64,000 nucleotides of DNA from Cyanobacteria bacterium P01_D01_bin.156 (GCA_039024555.1 JBCCQQ010000001.1:351979-415978); one strand, 5' to 3'; counted from the stretch's first letter, positions 1 through 12,005 are shown. The notes: generated by a model from the letters alone, not told the origin. Numbers and translations: made by a program.

Positions 1-871
1 CGGGCTATTTCTATCTAGATAAGCTCAGCTTCCAAAAACAGCACTACCACTCCTCCAGAATGACTTTGATTTTCAGACCCTCCACCTTGAAGAGGATGAC
101 AGAGCATCTAATCGCATAAATCAGCCACAATAGCCCCTTTTCCCATAAAAGAAAGAGTGATATCTCTGTATCACTTGAGAACAGCTGTCTATACCTCTCA
201 AACAAAAGACTACAACTCTTCCTTAGGTGGTGACTCTCACTGAAGAAGCCTTCAATTTTTATAAGTAACGAGGCACACAGCAATAGATGCTGCACTAAAT
301 CCTTAAAGCCACCAAATAATTCAAGACATAATCACCCGCCAGGAATCATCCTCAACAGCAGAAAAAATTTTATTGCTTAGCACACCACCAGAGCAAGTAA
401 TAGATCAACAGCAATCTATTTCATCACTCTGAGCAGCCATCTTCCCTAATTCATCACAAATTAGCCCAAGGCGAGACAACAGGCGCACTATTCAAAAGAA
501 TTAACTAAATATCATCAAACATCGACGTATTCACACCAGGTCAAGAAGTATAAGAGCATACACACCAATTCGTCAAAAGTCTCTTGAAAGTCTCCTAGCT
601 CACAGACTCACTACACAACGATGTGGTTATATGTCAACTTAAGAGCCGCAAATCGCTTTCCTGAGAGGGCTTTTAATTATTCTACAACTGAATAAAAACT
701 GTTATTTCTGTCTTAATAACCTACAAATCATCATTTGTGATGTAGCCTACGTTACCTCTCTGGGGTAAGGCACAAAGTTTTTTCGTTTCGAAGATTTCAT
801 TAATGTTTTTGTGATTTTGTCTGCTAGTGTAAAGATTATTATATTTCGGTTGCTATTTTCTCGGAACAACA

Positions 872-2647
872 ATGGCAAACAATACCACCCTGGCTGTCAA
901 AGCCTTTATCTCGTCTTACGACAGTGAGCCTTTGACTTACAAGAATCTAGATGATGCAATTGAAGCAGTTTGCTGCAGAGCATCTTTTAGAGAACTCATT
1001 TTGGCATTTGTGAATAGTCCCGCTTTCTCTGAGGAACTGGGGAAAGAGTTTGCTGCAGCGGATGCAATCTCAGGGCTATCTGCCTGTCGCAGCCTTCGCA
1101 GCTGTTTAAATTTCTCCATTAGTCGTTTCTTTGGATTATTAGCTGAAGTAATTTCCGCCTTTAATACAGATGCCGGTACTGAGTGGAGTACGTTTGCCAA
1201 CCGAGTACACCAGTCCAACCTGGGCGGCAACAAATTGTTAGAGCGCCTGTTACGCAGCGCCGACAGCAAATTCTACAAAGATTTAGCAGCCCATCTCGTC
1301 GACGACAATCCCCACGCCATCTATCCCACCTCCAGCTATCGCGAGAGTGAGGCCCACGTAGTAAGCACGGGTGACGATCAGATCATCGAAGCCGTGATGA
1401 CCTCGCGCACATTCACTTCGATTCGCGTAGTTGAGAACTGCTTGACCCCAGAGGAAACAGTTCTACGGGATATGTATATTGCCCACGGGCGATGCGTTTG
1501 CCTAGTCGACCAAAATGTCGAAAGTTACTATGGTGAACAAATTGAGACCTACTTTAACCACCACGGTATTCATCTGGAGAAACTAGTTTATCGGGCTATG
1601 GAAGTTGACAAAGGCATCCACACCGTTGAACGGATGCTGGGAGACTTCAAAGCCGTTGGCGTCTGTCGAAATGAACCCGTTTTAATTATTGGTGGTGGTG
1701 TTCTCACCGACACTGGTGGTCTTGCCTGTGCCCTTTACCACCGCAATACTCCCTACGTGATGCTATCCACATCCATTGTGGCAGGAATTGATGCTGGCCC
1801 CTCTCCTCGCACCTGCTGCGACGGCTTTGGTTATAAGAATCTCTTTGGGGCTTACCACGCTCCAGTTCTTTCCCTTACTGATCGCTCTTTCTTTAAGACA
1901 CTGCGGAAAGGCTGGCTGCGCCATGGCATCGCTGAAATCATCAAAATGGCGACAGTCAAAAACCTGGAACTATTTGAGTACCTAGAGCAAGCTGGGCAAG
2001 AACTGATTGACACCCGTTTTGGCACCCTAAATTGCGAGCCTGGGGCAGAAATCAGTACTCTCTCCCAGAAAATTCTCGGTGCAGCTCTGCGCAGTTATGT
2101 AGAGGCTGAATATGACAATCTTTATGAAACCCACCAGTGTCGTCCCCACGCCTATGGCCATACCTGGTCCCCTGGTTTTGAAATCGAAGCAGGCTTGCTT
2201 CATGGTCATGCCGTAGCCATAGGTATGGGCTTTGGAGCTTACCTCAGTTACCGCGATAGCTGGATTACTAAAGACGAATTCCACCGCATTCTGAAACTCA
2301 TTAGCTCCTTTGGCCTCAGCCTTTGGAATGATGTGCTGCTGAACAAAGAGACCCTGTGGTCTTCCCAGGAAAAAATTGTTCAGAAACGGGGTGGCAACTT
2401 AGCCGCTCCCCTACCCAAGGGTAAGATTGGGAAGTGCGGTTACCTCAATTCCTTAACTCAGGAAGAACTATACGAAGCGATCAGCACCTACCAGCAAATT
2501 TGCCAAGACTATCCACGGCAAGGTCTAGGTATTGATCCACTCTGTAGTGATGTCGGTCTTGAAGATCCCTCAACTATTGGCCATAGCTTGATGGAAACTG
2601 TTAAGGCTCAAGCGACAGAAAATCCTGAAATGCTCTCTCCTGTGTAA
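872..2647 (+). CDS. Sedoheptulose 7-phosphate cyclase, divergent desmethyl-4-deoxygadusol synthase (DDGS/MysA-like) with ~150-aa N-terminal extension
   Basis: DHQS-superfamily motifs IGGGVLTDTGG, KNLFGAYHAP, LRHGIAEIIK, AYGHTWSP and LLHGHAVAIGM; GHTWSP is DDGS-like. Confidence 0.8.
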   Translation: MANNTTLAVKAFISSYDSEPLTYKNLDDAIEAVCCRASFRELILAFVNSPAFSEELGKEFAAADAISGLSACRSLRSCLNFSISRFFGLLAEVISAFNTDAGTEWSTFANRVHQSNLGGNKLLERLLRSADSKFYKDLAAHLVDDNPHAIYPTSSYRESEAHVVSTGDDQIIEAVMTSRTFTSIRVVENCLTPEETVLRDMYIAHGRCVCLVDQNVESYYGEQIETYFNHHGIHLEKLVYRAMEVDKGIHTVERMLGDFKAVGVCRNEPVLIIGGGVLTDTGGLACALYHRNTPYVMLSTSIVAGIDAGPSPRTCCDGFGYKNLFGAYHAPVLSLTDRSFFKTLRKGWLRHGIAEIIKMATVKNLELFEYLEQAGQELIDTRFGTLNCEPGAEISTLSQKILGAALRSYVEAEYDNLYETHQCRPHAYGHTWSPGFEIEAGLLHGHAVAIGMGFGAYLSYRDSWITKDEFHRILKLISSFGLSLWNDVLLNKETLWSSQEKIVQKRGGNLAAPLPKGKIGKCGYLNSLTQEELYEAISTYQQICQDYPRQGLGIDPLCSDVGLEDPSTIGHSLMETVKAQATENPEMLSPV

Positions 2648-2670
2648 TCAAAATCTGATTGCACGGTATT

Positions 2671-2700
2671 GGGGTGCACGGCTGTGCACCCCTCTTTTTT
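2671..2700 (+). terminator. Intrinsic terminator-like hairpin after the cyclase gene
   Basis: GGGGTGCAC-GGCT-GTGCACCCC followed by a T-run. Confidence 0.7.
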
Positions 2701-2827
2701 GTTGCTGTTGCTGATTTAGAGGATGAAACGATCTGTAGACTCTAACCTTTGTCTGGACTGGAAAAATTAAAATCATCCCGAGGATCAGCAACGCCTTTTT
2801 GTTTTATTATGTTTTGCGATCATTACC

Positions 2828-3856
2828 ATGGCACAAGAACTATTTGATATTGTTATTCCTCTCTTTTGTACTCGCTGGAATACTCAAGCAGTTTTAGAAG
2901 GATTGACGATCCACTATCAACCCCGTGCTATTCACATCATTACGCTACCTAATGAAGTGGAGCCATTGAAGAATACATCTCAAGATTGGAAAACTGCCCC
3001 TCTACATATTCATAACGAGGAGGTATTTTTCAAGGCTAGTACCGATCTTACAAAAACAGCAATTTGTGAAGAGCTTAATCTAGGAAAGTCTCTTTATAAC
3101 CCCGGTTGGTTTTATCAGCAGATATTAAAAGTAGGTGCTTTCGAGGGTATTCCTGGCTTAAGCGAATGGTATCTAGTGTGGGATAGTGACCTGCTCCCTG
3201 TTGCGACCTGGCCAGCTTTCCAAGGGGACGGCGATAATCTTAAGCACATGTTTGCACTGATCCAACACAATCAATATGGTAACCCTACTATTGTTGGTAA
3301 GTGGGCCACTTGGATTGAATCTGTTCTGGGTGTCCCCCCCCTAACTGACGCTGTGGGCACCTTTATTCCCCATCACATGTGGTTCAAGCAGGAACATCTC
3401 AAGACATTAACAGCACAGATTCAAAAGTACTACGATTCTACAGAGCCTTGGCCTGCCTTGATGATGCGCTCTGCCAATGACTTCGATACCTATGGTGAGT
3501 ACTGGATCTACAGTTCCTGGGCTGCAGCGCAAGATCCGGATTCTGTGGGCTTTTACCCCTATGAGCAATATGGAGAGACAACAGAACGTTTCTTTGATGA
3601 TGGTACCGGTATGTTCTCTGTTGCCTTAAGGAAGCATATGTCTGTGAACTCTACCGGCCCCGATGATGAATTTTCTCCTTCCTATGAAGAAGTGAGTGCC
3701 TTCATCCACGCTGAATATGGAGAGGATAATCTACCCTCTTCACTTTCGTTCGAAAGCAGTCCTCGTCATCTAAATAAGAACAGCGAGACGATGCACATTG
3801 AAGAAACACGTTCCCGCTGGAATCCACGAATGGTCAAGGAAACAGCAAACGTCTAA
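2828..3856 (+). CDS. Putative GT-A fold / DUF6492-like nucleotide-diphospho-sugar transferase
   Basis: N-terminal FDIVIP strand, GWFYQQILK, and YLVWDSD (DxD) motif. Confidence 0.5.
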   Translation: MAQELFDIVIPLFCTRWNTQAVLEGLTIHYQPRAIHIITLPNEVEPLKNTSQDWKTAPLHIHNEEVFFKASTDLTKTAICEELNLGKSLYNPGWFYQQILKVGAFEGIPGLSEWYLVWDSDLLPVATWPAFQGDGDNLKHMFALIQHNQYGNPTIVGKWATWIESVLGVPPLTDAVGTFIPHHMWFKQEHLKTLTAQIQKYYDSTEPWPALMMRSANDFDTYGEYWIYSSWAAAQDPDSVGFYPYEQYGETTERFFDDGTGMFSVALRKHMSVNSTGPDDEFSPSYEEVSAFIHAEYGEDNLPSSLSFESSPRHLNKNSETMHIEETRSRWNPRMVKETANV

Positions 3857-3928
3857 CGCAAGAAAAGGGAAAAGAGAAAAGGAAAGTCTTCCTCCTGTCT
3901 TTCCCCTTTCTCGCTGCCGTCAGGCATC

Positions 3929-4762
3929 TTAACCCTTACCCTGCAGCCCTTTCGCCGCCTGCTTAACCACATCCAACAACTCCAAGGGAAGATTTAGGCT
4001 ATTTAGGTCCACATGACCTTCCTTAGGTTTCTTCTGGGGACCGTGATAGTCACTACCGCCAGTCATCAGTAAGCCATAGCGTTTACATAAGTCTTTTAGT
4101 ACATCCTCTTCGCTGTAACTATGGTGGGGATGGTAAACCTCCACACCCATCAGACCAGCTTTCACTAGCTCCGGCAGCACTTCTTCCACGATGCCACCTC
4201 TGAATAGGTAAGGATGAGCCCACACTGGCACAGCCCCACAGCTTCGTAGCAACTCAATCCCTTCCGCAGCAGTAAACTTTTCATAAGGTACATAGGCAGG
4301 GCCGTGGTCACCAATAAATCGCAAAAATGCTTCTTGCGAAGACGTTACATGGCCAGCTGCAACCAGCGCATTGGCAACGTGGGGACGACCGGGGGCCATG
4401 CTACCCGGCATGGGAGGTAGTTCAATGGGAAAGCCAAGTTCAGCTAGCTTCTCCACCATTTTTTGTGCTCGACGGTGCCGCCCCTGGATGCGATCGCTCA
4501 GAGGTTCCTGGAGCTTTTCTGGATCTGGATAAAAACCTAAAATATGCATTGAGCGACCATTGTACGTAGTACTCAGTTCAATACCCGGGACAATTTCTAG
4601 ACCTTGGGGAGCTGCTGCTACTCTGGCTTCTTCCCAACCAAAGATCGTATCGTGGTCGGTGATGGCAAGCGCTTTCACCCCTTTTCTCACTGCTCGTTCA
4701 ACTAGCTGCTGCGGTGTCAGGGTACCGTCAGAAAACGTGGTGTGGCAGTGGAGCTCAAGCAT
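3929..4762 (-). CDS. PHP domain phosphoesterase (TrpH/YciV family)
   Basis: ELHCHTTFSDG, AITDHDT, PGRPH, AHP and TGGSDYHG motifs. Confidence 0.9.
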   Translation of the reverse strand: MLELHCHTTFSDGTLTPQQLVERAVRKGVKALAITDHDTIFGWEEARVAAAPQGLEIVPGIELSTTYNGRSMHILGFYPDPEKLQEPLSDRIQGRHRRAQKMVEKLAELGFPIELPPMPGSMAPGRPHVANALVAAGHVTSSQEAFLRFIGDHGPAYVPYEKFTAAEGIELLRSCGAVPVWAHPYLFRGGIVEEVLPELVKAGLMGVEVYHPHHSYSEEDVLKDLCKRYGLLMTGGSDYHGPQKKPKEGHVDLNSLNLPLELLDVVKQAAKGLQGKG

Positions 4763-4911
4763 GACTAAGTTCAGAAAACAGATGTTATATCTAATTATGC
4801 GGTGGTTTTGATCATCTGTAATTAACTATCCGATGCCATAGCAATCCATCACGTTCACATAAGATTAAACTCCCCACTTTTCGACGAAACGCTCACGTCA
4901 TTACGGCAATA

Positions 4912-4957
4912 AAAAACATGCCCTTGCGTAAATGTTTATACGCAAGGGCATGTTTTT
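4912..4957 (-). terminator. Hairpin terminator downstream of pntB
   Basis: AAAAACATGCCCTTGCGTA ... TACGCAAGGGCATGTTTTT long inverted repeat. Confidence 0.75.
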
Positions 4958-4973
4958 CTAAGTGAGACAAACT

Positions 4974-6398
4974 TTATGCAGTCGCCAACTTAGGCTGCTC
5001 TGCTGCAGACTCCTGAAGCCGACCCAAAATCGCATTGGTATTTGCTTTCGCATCACCAAACAACATTTGAGTATTATCCTTAAAGAACAAAGGATTCGCC
5101 ACACCAGCATAGCCAGCTGACATGCCCCGCTTCATCACCACAACATTGCGGGCCTTCCAAACTTCCAAGACCGGCATTCCAGCAATGGGGCTCTCAGGGT
5201 CTTCCATCGCACTAGGATTGACCGTATCGTTCGCACCGATAACCAGCACAACATCAGTTTCAGGAAAATCATCATTGATTTCATCCATCTCCAACACAAT
5301 GTCGTAGGGCACATTGGCTTCAGCTAATAACACATTCATGTGTCCTGGCAAACGACCAGCAACTGGGTGAATACCAAAGCGTACGTTAACACCACGCTTC
5401 ATTAGCAACTGAGTAATCTCAGAAACTGCATGCTGTGCCTGAGCTACCGCCATACCGTAACCAGGCGTAATAATCACGCTCTGAGCATCTGCCAAAAGCT
5501 CGATAGTGCCGTTTATATCCGTCTCATTCACGGTACCTTCAACCGCCTTGCCACCGCTCTTGCCAGACCCCTGACCAAAGCCACCCAAGATAACACTGAA
5601 GAAAGAACGGTTCATTGCCTGGCACATGATGTAGCTCAAGATGGCACCGCTACTACCTACCAATGCTCCAACAACAATCAACAGATCATTGGAAAGCATA
5701 AAGCCTGCTGCTGCTGCTGCCCAGCCAGAGTAGCTGTTGAGCATAGAGATAACCACGGGCATATCTGCACCGCCGATGGCAGCTACTAGATGAATACCCA
5801 GTACAGAAGAAATGGCTACCATGCCGAGCAGATAGCCAAACCCATCGGTGCCTTCCGCACCCATAAAGCCAATACCGAGAATAACGGTGCCAATCAACAT
5901 GGCAATGTTTAAGCCATGACGCATGGGCAACATCAGTGGCTTACTGCTAATAATCGCACGCAGCTTACCAAAAGCCACCACCGAACCGGTAAACGTCAGC
6001 GCCCCAATAAAGACACCAATGTAAATCTCCAGCTGATGAATGGTTTCTTCAGCACCTACCAAAGAGGTATCAGGTCCCAAATAGCTGGCGACACCGACCA
6101 GAACCGCTGCTAAACCCACAAAGCTGTGGAGAATCGCGACTAGTTCAGGCATTTCCGTCATTTCCACACGAGCAGCGACAAAGCCACCAATGGCAACAGC
6201 TGGAACAACCGCCATCACCAAAATCCCGTAGGCATCTACCTGAGCACTAAATGCGGTGGCCACTAGGGCAATCACCATGCCGACAATTCCGTAGATATTG
6301 CCACGCTTAGCAGACTCTTGGTTGGAAAGACCACCCAAGCTAAGAATAAAGAGCACAATGGCCGCTAAATACGCGACCGAAACAAGATTGTTAGACAT
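4974..6398 (-). CDS. pntB: NAD(P) transhydrogenase subunit beta
   Basis: [52 protein letters not shown]. Confidence 0.97.
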   Translation of the reverse strand: MSNNLVSVAYLAAIVLFILSLGGLSNQESAKRGNIYGIVGMVIALVATAFSAQVDAYGILVMAVVPAVAIGGFVAARVEMTEMPELVAILHSFVGLAAVLVGVASYLGPDTSLVGAEETIHQLEIYIGVFIGALTFTGSVVAFGKLRAIISSKPLMLPMRHGLNIAMLIGTVILGIGFMGAEGTDGFGYLLGMVAISSVLGIHLVAAIGGADMPVVISMLNSYSGWAAAAAGFMLSNDLLIVVGALVGSSGAILSYIMCQAMNRSFFSVILGGFGQGSGKSGGKAVEGTVNETDINGTIELLADAQSVIITPGYGMAVAQAQHAVSEITQLLMKRGVNVRFGIHPVAGRLPGHMNVLLAEANVPYDIVLEMDEINDDFPETDVVLVIGANDTVNPSAMEDPESPIAGMPVLEVWKARNVVVMKRGMSAGYAGVANPLFFKDNTQMLFGDAKANTNAILGRLQESAAEQPKLATA

Positions 6399-6479
6399 GA
6401 GAAGAGAGATTCTTGAATGTTGTCAAAAAATTCTTGTCTCCCTTGCTCCACCTATGGAGCAAGGGATGGGGGATAAGGC

Positions 6480-8093
6480 CTACTTCCGAAACATCTTCAA
6501 CATTCGCTGAGTGACCAAAAACCCACCTGCAATGTTGATAGTGCCAATAAAGATAGCAATGGCTCCCAAAATCACAGTGGGGGACCATCCCTGTCCAGAA
6601 ATTTGCAACATGCCACCGAGAATGATGATGCCGCTAATGGCATTGGTTACACTCATTAGTGGAGTGTGCAACGACGGGGAAACATTCCAAATCACCTGCC
6701 AGCCAACAAAGCAGGCCAGAATAAAGACCGTGAAGTGAGATAAGAAAGAACTAGGCGCACCGATACCAATGCCAATCAGGGCCAACGCGGCAAAGGCGAC
6801 ACCAATCCATTTCCATGGCAGTGAACGCTTTGATGTCTCTGTAGGTGTTGCTTCCTCTACAGGTTCTTCTACTTTGGCTTCAGGCTTTTTGGGTGCAGGC
6901 TTTTTGGGTGCAGGCCAGGTTACATGACCATCGTGGCTGACCAGCGCACCTCGGACTACTTCATCTTCAAAGTTAACCGTATAGCCACTGGCACCGCCCA
7001 TATCATTCAGTAGATGATACAGGTTCATACCGTACAGCTGGCTCGACTGTCCGGCCATGCGGCTAGCCAGGTCAGTCAGTCCGATAATTGTCACACCCTG
7101 ATGGCGATAAACTTCGCTAGGACGGGTAACTGCACAGTTACCGCCCTGCTCGGCAGCCATGTCTACGATGACTGAGCCGGGTTTCATTAGTTCAACCGTG
7201 TCTTTAGTGACCAGCAGTGGCGCTTTTTTGCCAGGAATCAATGCTGTTGTAATAATGATGTCCACTTCTTTAGCCTGTGCTGCAAACAAGGCCATTTCCG
7301 CGTCAATAAATTCCTGGCTCATCACCTTGGCATAGCCGCCAGAGCCGGTACCGTCTTCGGCAAACTCCAGTTCAAGGAACTGAGCACCCATGCTTTCTAC
7401 TTGCTCCTTGACTACAGGGCGAGTATCAAAAGCGCGAACAATGGCCCCCAAACTCTTAGCAGCTCCAATGGCTGCAAGTCCAGCTACACCGGCACCAATC
7501 ACAAGCACCTTGGCTGGAGGCACTTTCCCTGCAGCAGTGATTTGCCCAGTAAAAAATCGCCCAAAGTTATTAGCAGCTTCAATCACTGCTCGATAGCCAG
7601 CCACATTGGCCATGGAACTGAGGGCATCCATTTTCTGAGCCCGGCTAATGCGGGGTACAGAATCCATTGCCAGTGCTGTTACTCCCTTGTCAGCTAGCTG
7701 CTGGAGCAGGTCCTGATTTTGAGCAGGCCACAAAAAACTAATTAGGGTTTGACCACTGTGAGCTAACTCAGTTTCTGGGCAGTTGAGCTCGTGGTGATAG
7801 CTTGGGGGCTGTACCTTAAGAACGATGTCAGCCTGTCGCCACAGCTCGACTGCGTTGGCAACGACTTGAGCACCTGCAGCTCTGTAGGACTGATCTGAAA
7901 ACTCAGCGGGTTCGCCAGCACCCTGCTCGACCAAGACATCGAAGCCAAGAGACTGCAGCTTTTTAATTGTTTTAGGAGTTGCTGCGATACGACATTCCCC
8001 AGGGGTCACTTCTTTGGGAATACCGATACGTTTTGGGTGTTCTAAGTGCGATGCCTGTTGGCCAACAGCACCTTGCTCGAGAGCAATGGTCAT
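6480..8093 (-). CDS. pntA: NAD(P) transhydrogenase subunit alpha (fused soluble and membrane parts)
   Basis: [42 protein letters not shown]. Confidence 0.97.
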   Translation of the reverse strand: MTIALEQGAVGQQASHLEHPKRIGIPKEVTPGECRIAATPKTIKKLQSLGFDVLVEQGAGEPAEFSDQSYRAAGAQVVANAVELWRQADIVLKVQPPSYHHELNCPETELAHSGQTLISFLWPAQNQDLLQQLADKGVTALAMDSVPRISRAQKMDALSSMANVAGYRAVIEAANNFGRFFTGQITAAGKVPPAKVLVIGAGVAGLAAIGAAKSLGAIVRAFDTRPVVKEQVESMGAQFLELEFAEDGTGSGGYAKVMSQEFIDAEMALFAAQAKEVDIIITTALIPGKKAPLLVTKDTVELMKPGSVIVDMAAEQGGNCAVTRPSEVYRHQGVTIIGLTDLASRMAGQSSQLYGMNLYHLLNDMGGASGYTVNFEDEVVRGALVSHDGHVTWPAPKKPAPKKPEAKVEEPVEEATPTETSKRSLPWKWIGVAFAALALIGIGIGAPSSFLSHFTVFILACFVGWQVIWNVSPSLHTPLMSVTNAISGIIILGGMLQISGQGWSPTVILGAIAIFIGTINIAGGFLVTQRMLKMFRK

Positions 8094-8661
8094 AGTGAAT
8101 CCTTTACTTAACTAGCTGGGTTAACGATGTGTTGTAAAGGTCCACTATGAGATTGAGAGCGCGTTTGATCTCAATCCAGCAGGAATAACTTTAGATTTAG
8201 TGGTTTTTCTTCACTGAATTGGGGGTAAATGCTCTGTGCGAAAGATCCCTTACCACCCCCATAGAGAGTCTGCTTATAAAGCTAATTAAGAGCGATAAGT
8301 TTAGTGTTGAGATCTGTCAAAAAGGCTGATATATATTGATTACATCAAATGAACGCATTTGAGTCAACAGCCTTTAATTGACAAGAAAACCCCACAACAC
8401 GGCGATGAATTGAGTATGCTAATCTTAAGAAAAGTTTCTTTCCGTAAATGTACGGGTACGGGGTCTTAATTCAGATGTTTCCCAGTAGCTTTTGATTAGT
8501 GAATAGAGTTTTTGCTAGCCTGAGTTTCGTTGCTGGTGATGCGTGTTATCGGCTGTAAGACCAATTTATGAAACCGTCCCTCTATTTAGGAACTGAGCGA
8601 TACAGCCGTGATAGTTCTAGAGGGGTCTAGTTTGTAAGGTGAGCTTGAGGAGTTAGCAATC

Positions 8662-9264
8662 ATGTTTAAGAACATTGTCCGCTGGGGCTTGGCAGGTCTA
8701 CTGTTTTCATCTGCTACGCTGGCTGGCGTGAATGTGCCCACAGTGGCTCAAAGTTATGACAGCGACGGCTTAACCCTTTTTGGCGGCACCGATTCGGATT
8801 TTCGCTTGAACTACCAGTTGCTGAACAATACACCTCGGAATAATCGCGTTAAGTGGAATTTGGAGGTACGGTCTGATCAGCTACAGACGGCTACATCAGC
8901 TTTAGTCGTTACTTTGCCTGAATCGTTCACACGATTCAACGGCCAAGTTGACCTTGATGAAATCACCGTTCGCTACGGTCGCATTGATAGAGAAGGTGAG
9001 CAAATTGAGGTGGATGAAGTACGCTGGGACGATGTGGTTTTCAGCGGTGCTAATGATCTATCGGAAGAGCTCGATAAGATTGAGATCTTTTTAGCTGAAG
9101 ATATTCCTGCTGATACTTCCATCACTCTTGAATTTGGCAAGGTTAAGAATCCGACTCGGGCTCTAATGCTGCGGACAAACCTCCAAGTATTTCCCCGTGG
9201 TCAGGAGTTGGCTACCTATGTTGGTACCTGGGAAATGTTGGTCGCTTACGAAGATCGCGACTAG
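8662..9264 (+). CDS. Secreted DUF2808-like protein
   Basis: Signal peptide, GLTLFGG, KNP and YVGTW; typical position upstream of rpmH in cyanobacteria. Confidence 0.65.
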   Translation: MFKNIVRWGLAGLLFSSATLAGVNVPTVAQSYDSDGLTLFGGTDSDFRLNYQLLNNTPRNNRVKWNLEVRSDQLQTATSALVVTLPESFTRFNGQVDLDEITVRYGRIDREGEQIEVDEVRWDDVVFSGANDLSEELDKIEIFLAEDIPADTSITLEFGKVKNPTRALMLRTNLQVFPRGQELATYVGTWEMLVAYEDRD

Positions 9265-9373
9265 CGTAATTCACGAACAAACATGCCCAGAGGCTGCTAC
9301 AACATGCTAAAATCAGAAACCGCGCTAATGGAGCGCATATAGTTTTTGATAGAGCAGATTAGGAGTAATCGCC

Positions 9374-9511
9374 ATGACTAAGCGCACTCTCGGAGGCACA
9401 TCTCGCAAGCGTAAGCGTGTTTCTGGCTTCCGTACACGTATGCGCACCACCAATGGCCGTCGTGTTATTCAAGCCCGTCGTAAGAAAGGACGTGCGCGTT
9501 TGGCTGTTTAA
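9374..9511 (+). CDS. rpmH: 50S ribosomal protein L34 (missing from ORF track)
   Basis: Hand translation [53 protein letters not shown]. Confidence 0.97.
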   Translation: MTKRTLGGTSRKRKRVSGFRTRMRTTNGRRVIQARRKKGRARLAV

Positions 9512-9535
9512 CCCGATTAGTGTGCGATCGCAGCT

Positions 9536-9916
9536 GTGGCATTACCAAAGCAGCATCGACTACGGTCCCCTCGTTCATTTTCCAAGGTTTATCGTCAAGG
9601 CCAGCGCGCTGGTGGGCGCGTCCTAGGCATTAAAGCCCTGAGAGAACCAGCACCCGGTAATGCTCCTCATGAGAGAGGTTTGCCGGGTGTTTGTTTTGGA
9701 GTGTCCATCAGTCGTAAAGTCCACAAGCGGGCTGTAGTCAGAAATCGCATTAAACGCCAAATTCATACCGCCATTAGCACCCTCCTTCCCAGGATTCATG
9801 GGGCTTGGTGGATTGTAATTAATGTCAGGCCCGCCGCAACCACCTGCGAATATTACGAATTTTTGCAAGAATTAGAGAAACTATTGGTAGAGCTGGAGGT
9901 GCTGTATGGCCATTAA
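9536..9916 (+). CDS. rnpA: Ribonuclease P protein component
   Basis: FGVSISRKVHKRAVVRNRIKR (RNR motif); follows rpmH. Confidence 0.95.
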   Translation: MALPKQHRLRSPRSFSKVYRQGQRAGGRVLGIKALREPAPGNAPHERGLPGVCFGVSISRKVHKRAVVRNRIKRQIHTAISTLLPRIHGAWWIVINVRPAATTCEYYEFLQELEKLLVELEVLYGH

Positions 9917-10295
9917 AGAGGAAGTGTATTACGAAGGTGGTCCTCACATAGGTGATCTGATCTTTCACAGTGTGCTTGCCATTACCCTCGTCTTCATTCC
10001 CCTGACGATAGGTGCCATTATCCGTGCGCTTTGGGTACGCTATCGCATCACTAACCGTCGTATTTCTGTCACTGGCGGTTGGATGGGACGTAATCGCACG
10101 GATCTAATCTATTCAGAAATCACTCGGATTGCTGTGATACCTCGAGGATTGGGTTTCTGGGGAGATATGTCAGTCCAGTTAAAAGATGGGAGCCGTTTAG
10201 AAATGCGCTCTCTGCCGAATTTTCGGGAGCTCTACGACAAAATCCTAGAGCACATTTCTCCAAAAGCTCAAGAAGCTAGCAAAGTTCGTATCTGA
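9906..10295 (+). CDS. Bacterial PH domain membrane protein
   Basis: YEGGPHIGDL, RYRITNRRISV; conserved cyanobacterial rnpA-yidC context. Confidence 0.85.
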   Translation: MAIKEEVYYEGGPHIGDLIFHSVLAITLVFIPLTIGAIIRALWVRYRITNRRISVTGGWMGRNRTDLIYSEITRIAVIPRGLGFWGDMSVQLKDGSRLEMRSLPNFRELYDKILEHISPKAQEASKVRI

Positions 10296-10703
10296 GCATC
10301 CCTAAGGATAAAAGCCATTACACAAACTTTTTAGAGCGTGGAGGGATATATCTCTCCACGCTTCGCTTTCATGAGTAGCCCCATCCAATCCGTAATCATC
10401 GCAATTCAAAGCTCAGACCCATAATTGCCAAGTAGTAAGAGCAGATGTGAGGAGCGTAGACTAAAGAGATTTTGCAGCTACCAGAGCAAAATTCCCTAAA
10501 AGTTCGTAGAGTTTTCATTCTGAGATTGCATGACCTATTTTCCTGGCGAACAGGTAGGATAACCGTCAATTTATGAGGTAGAACACCGTCTAATACAATT
10601 TTTGTTTGGCTGAAAAACTGGCTCTTTTTGGAGTCAACACCCCTAAGGCCTGCAATATTCAGATACATTAGAGTTCGGTATGCAATTTGCTTGGTAAGCT
10701 CGC

Positions 10704-12005
10704 ATGGATTTCGGTATTGGATTTCTGACGAACAATATAATGCTGCCAATCCTAGATTTTTTCTATGGGATTGTGCCTAGCTATGGTCTAGCTATTGTGG
10801 CGTTGACCCTTTTAATTCGCTTTGCGCTCTATCCCCTGAATGCGGGATCGATTCGCAATATGCGTCGCATGAAGATCACTCAGCCCCTCATGCAGAAAAA
10901 GGTCAAAGAAATCCAAGAACGCTACAAAGACGATCCGACTAAGCTGCAGTCGGAGATGAGCGGCGTCTACAAGGAATTTGGTAATCCCTTAGCAGGCTGC
11001 TTCCCCGTGGTGCTGCAAATGCCTATCCTGTTTGCGTTATTTGCCACGTTGCGAGGATCACCGTTTGCAGACATTACCTATCCTGTAAACCTGCAGGTCC
11101 TTCCCCAAGAAGCTATTGAGCAAGTTCAACCCCAAGCATTTTCTTCCAAGCCATCTAGTCTTTACATTGCTGATGGTGAACATTTTCCAGTCTCTGCGGT
11201 GCTACCTGCAGGAAATCGCATTGCTGTTGGGGATACAGCCACGGTTCGTCTCCAATCTACGGATGGTGAATCAGTTGAAAAGCTAGCTAGTAAGTACTCT
11301 GAAGAACCATCAGCTTTTGTACCTCAGTGGGAAGTCACAAAAGGACAGGAGCTGGTCAAAATTGATGAAAATGGTCAGATTACAGCCCTAGCTGCTGGTG
11401 ATGTAACAGTTCAAGCAAAGGTTAAAGGGCTAGCTGCAAATAAGGGATTCTTGTTTATTAAGGAATTAGGACGCATTGGTGCCCTTGGAGATGATGGTGA
11501 AATTCACTGGGACATCCTGGGCATGGTCCTTTTCTTTGGTTTGAGCTTGTACGTAAACCAGCTTTTATCCGGTCAATCCTCCAGTGATAATCCTCAACAG
11601 GAAACAATCACAAAGCTGACACCCATCCTTTTCTCCGGCATGTTTCTGTTTTTCCCATTGCCTGCAGGAGTTTTGCTTTACATGGTTCTGGCCAATGTTT
11701 TCCAAACGGCCCAATCATTTATTCTTTCCAAAGAACCCTTACCTGAAAACATTCAAGCCTTGGTAGATGCTCAGGAAGCAAAGGCGGTTAAGGCTGATCG
11801 CGGCGCCCTTGCATTTGAACCGGGTTCTAGAAAGTCAGCTGACAAAGCTGGTAATAGTCGAAACAATCAAACGACTGCGAAAAAGTCTGGTAAGCCTGCT
11901 TCTACAGCAAATGACACTGCCAAAGGCAGTAAGTCAAGTAGCAATCGGTCTAAAGGCAACAAAAAGTCTGGCGGCAGCTCTAAAAAGAAGGTCTCAAATC
12001 GGTAA
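10704..12005 (+). CDS. yidC: Membrane protein insertase YidC
   Basis: [42 protein letters not shown]. Confidence 0.97.
   Translation: MDFGIGFLTNNIMLPILDFFYGIVPSYGLAIVALTLLIRFALYPLNAGSIRNMRRMKITQPLMQKKVKEIQERYKDDPTKLQSEMSGVYKEFGNPLAGCFPVVLQMPILFALFATLRGSPFADITYPVNLQVLPQEAIEQVQPQAFSSKPSSLYIADGEHFPVSAVLPAGNRIAVGDTATVRLQSTDGESVEKLASKYSEEPSAFVPQWEVTKGQELVKIDENGQITALAAGDVTVQAKVKGLAANKGFLFIKELGRIGALGDDGEIHWDILGMVLFFGLSLYVNQLLSGQSSSDNPQQETITKLTPILFSGMFLFFPLPAGVLLYMVLANVFQTAQSFILSKEPLPENIQALVDAQEAKAVKADRGALAFEPGSRKSADKAGNSRNNQTTAKKSGKPASTANDTAKGSKSSSNRSKGNKKSGGSSKKKVSNR

Noticed and set aside
44..295. 83-aa minus-strand ORF
   Set aside because: No recognisable motif, non-ATG start, AT-rich region; probably spurious.
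6881..6915. 15-bp tandem repeat in pntA
   Set aside because: Encodes an in-frame PAPKK linker duplication; trivial.
10396..10749. 117-aa ORF antisense to the yidC leader
   Set aside because: Overlaps the yidC start and has no protein-like features.
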